Shown: in pieces, positions 62,010-64,000 of the stretch | Position numbering within the stretch: position 1 is the stretch's first letter | How the letters are laid out: every line of letters starts with the position of its first letter | Program-made: the position numbers and the translations under genes | Notes under the pieces: model-generated | Database searches by the model: none | Told to the model about the DNA's origin: nothing | What the model saw: only the letters and a program-made list of their open reading frames with translations | Assembly: GCF_006345805.1 (NCBI RefSeq) | Contig: NC_043005.1 | Coordinates: forward strand, 33,852,001 to 33,916,000 | DNA from: Octopus sinensis | Lineage: Eukaryota | Direction: 5' to 3' | Length of the DNA stretch: 64,000 nt

Positions 62010-62907
62010 TTAATAAGGGTGAGAGAATTAGATACTAATTTAATAGTATACCTATTCAACACCAAGTGGCCCAGTGCCCCGAGAAACCTGGATTATTATA
62101 ATATTTTATAATATATTATAATATTTTATACAAAAATAAATATAAGAGAGTGGTCACTATGTGGCTCACTCTAGCACTAGTAAATCCAAAATGTTTCAAC
62201 CACAAAAATACATGTTTCCCATGAAAGTCAGTACGATTGTTAGCTCACACGAACAGGGCAAATAAAAAATAACAAAAATACAGATTATTTTGGGACAATT
62301 GTTTCGCTATTAATGAATTAAATGTAATTTTACTTACAAAAAACTCACTTGTAGCTCCTCAGCCAAAACTATCTGGATGAAATCCACTCAATCACACGCC
62401 AGATTTTACCATAACGATTAATACACGTGTGGTTCAATTGATTACATCCGACGTTATAATTCAAATGCCCCTACCAACAACGCGCCAAACTTTCACGGAA
62501 ACAAATACTACATTTAGAAATAAATGTAGCATAATTATAATTAATTAATAAGGGTGAGAGAATTAGATACTAATTTAATAGTATACCTATTCAACACTAA
62601 TCAATTGAACCACACGTGTATTTATCGTTATGGTAAAATCTGGCGTGTGATTGAGTGGATTTCATCCAGATAGTTTTGGCTGAGGAGCTACAAGTGAGTT
62701 TTTTGTAAGTAAAATTACATTTAATTCATTAATAGCGAAACAATTGTCCCAAAATAATCTGTATTTTTGTTATTTTTTATTTGCCCTGTTCGTGTGAGCT
62801 AACAATCGTACTGACTTTCATGGGAAACATGTATTTTTGTGGTTGAAACCTTTTGGATTTACTAGTGCTAGAGTGAGCCACATAGTGACCACTCTCTTAT
62901 ATTTATT
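62001..62907. repeat. Compound direct plus inverted duplication embedded in (TA)n; Penelope-like architecture
   Basis: 62-bp direct repeat 62001-62062 / 62536-62597; about 310-bp inverted repeat 62135-62444 / 62598-62907 with two mismatches seen. Confidence 0.9.
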
Positions 62908-62912
62908 ATTAT

Positions 62913-62959
<47 letters not shown>

Positions 62960-62993
62960 CAAAAGATATATATATATATATATATATACAAAA

Positions 62994-63024
<31 letters not shown>

Positions 63025-63091
63025 AAGATATAATATTATATATATATATATATATATACCAAAAGATATATAATATATATATATATACAAA

Positions 63092-63124
<33 letters not shown>

Positions 63125-63190
63125 AAAGATATATATATATATATATATATACAAACGATATATATAATATATATATATTATATATACAAA

Positions 63191-63229
<39 letters not shown>

Positions 63230-63231
63230 AA

Positions 63232-63274
<43 letters not shown>

Positions 63275-63276
63275 AA

Positions 63277-63317
<41 letters not shown>

Positions 63318-63330
63318 AACGATATATATA

Positions 63331-63373
<43 letters not shown>

Positions 63374-63375
63374 AA

Positions 63376-63407
<32 letters not shown>

Positions 63408-63461
63408 ACGATATATATATATATATATACAAACGATATATATATATATATTATACAAACG

Positions 63462-63495
<34 letters not shown>

Positions 63496-63528
63496 AACGA
63501 TATATATATATATATATATATACAAACG

Positions 63529-63561
<33 letters not shown>

Positions 63562-63599
63562 AACGATATATATATATATATATATATAATATATATAAA

Positions 63600-63631
<32 letters not shown>

Positions 63632-63659
63632 ACGATATATATATATATATATATACAAA

Positions 63660-63691
<32 letters not shown>

Positions 63692-63931
63692 ACGATTATA
63701 TATATTATATATAGATATATATATATATATACAAACGATATATATATATTACAAACGATATATATATATAACGATATATATATATATATATATATATAAA
63801 CGATATATATATAGCACCAGGTGGTGCTATTAAGTTAGACATGGCCTGGGCCAATAATGGCCGAAACCTATCAAAGTATCAAAGTATATATATATATATA
63901 GTATATATATATATATATATATATATACAAA

Positions 63932-63986
<55 letters not shown>

Positions 63987-64000
63987 AACGATATATATTA
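62908..64000. repeat. (TA)n satellite punctuated by CAAACGA/CAAAAGA; also 61846-62000
   Basis: Direct reading. Confidence 0.97.

Noticed and set aside
62676-62725. Hammerhead-like CTGAGGA followed by a hairpin
   Set aside because: No GAAA after stem II and no stem I pairing

Overview
Repeat-saturated, AT-rich eukaryotic DNA. The tRNA-derived SINE families and the dense (TA)n/(CA)n/(TAA)n microsatellites suggest an octopus or other cephalopod genome (inference, no search run). It contains a near-complete young Ty3/Gypsy element with both LTRs and a TSD (29986-34355), two decayed Gypsy relics, two Tx1/L1-clade LINEs, a cluster of R4/Dong-type LINE fragments in (TAA)n tracts, a HERO-type LINE relic, piggyBac, mariner and Merlin relics, two SINE families and several fold-back elements. 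One probable host gene can be assembled on the minus strand from two in-phase exons (52772-52332 and 40223-39447), giving a degenerate EF-hand pair. Three observations stand out. (1) A minimal type I hammerhead ribozyme fold (25114-25179) lies in a 356-bp retrozyme-like unit bounded by 174-bp direct repeats and interrupted by a full-length Tx1 LINE. (2) A second minimal hammerhead lies at the end of a (TA)n-embedded element (15440-15474). (3) A Tx1 LINE and a SINE share a 3' stem-loop tail, and both abut the same nucleotide of the SINE body. All alignments and folds were done by eye, and many boundaries are approximate.
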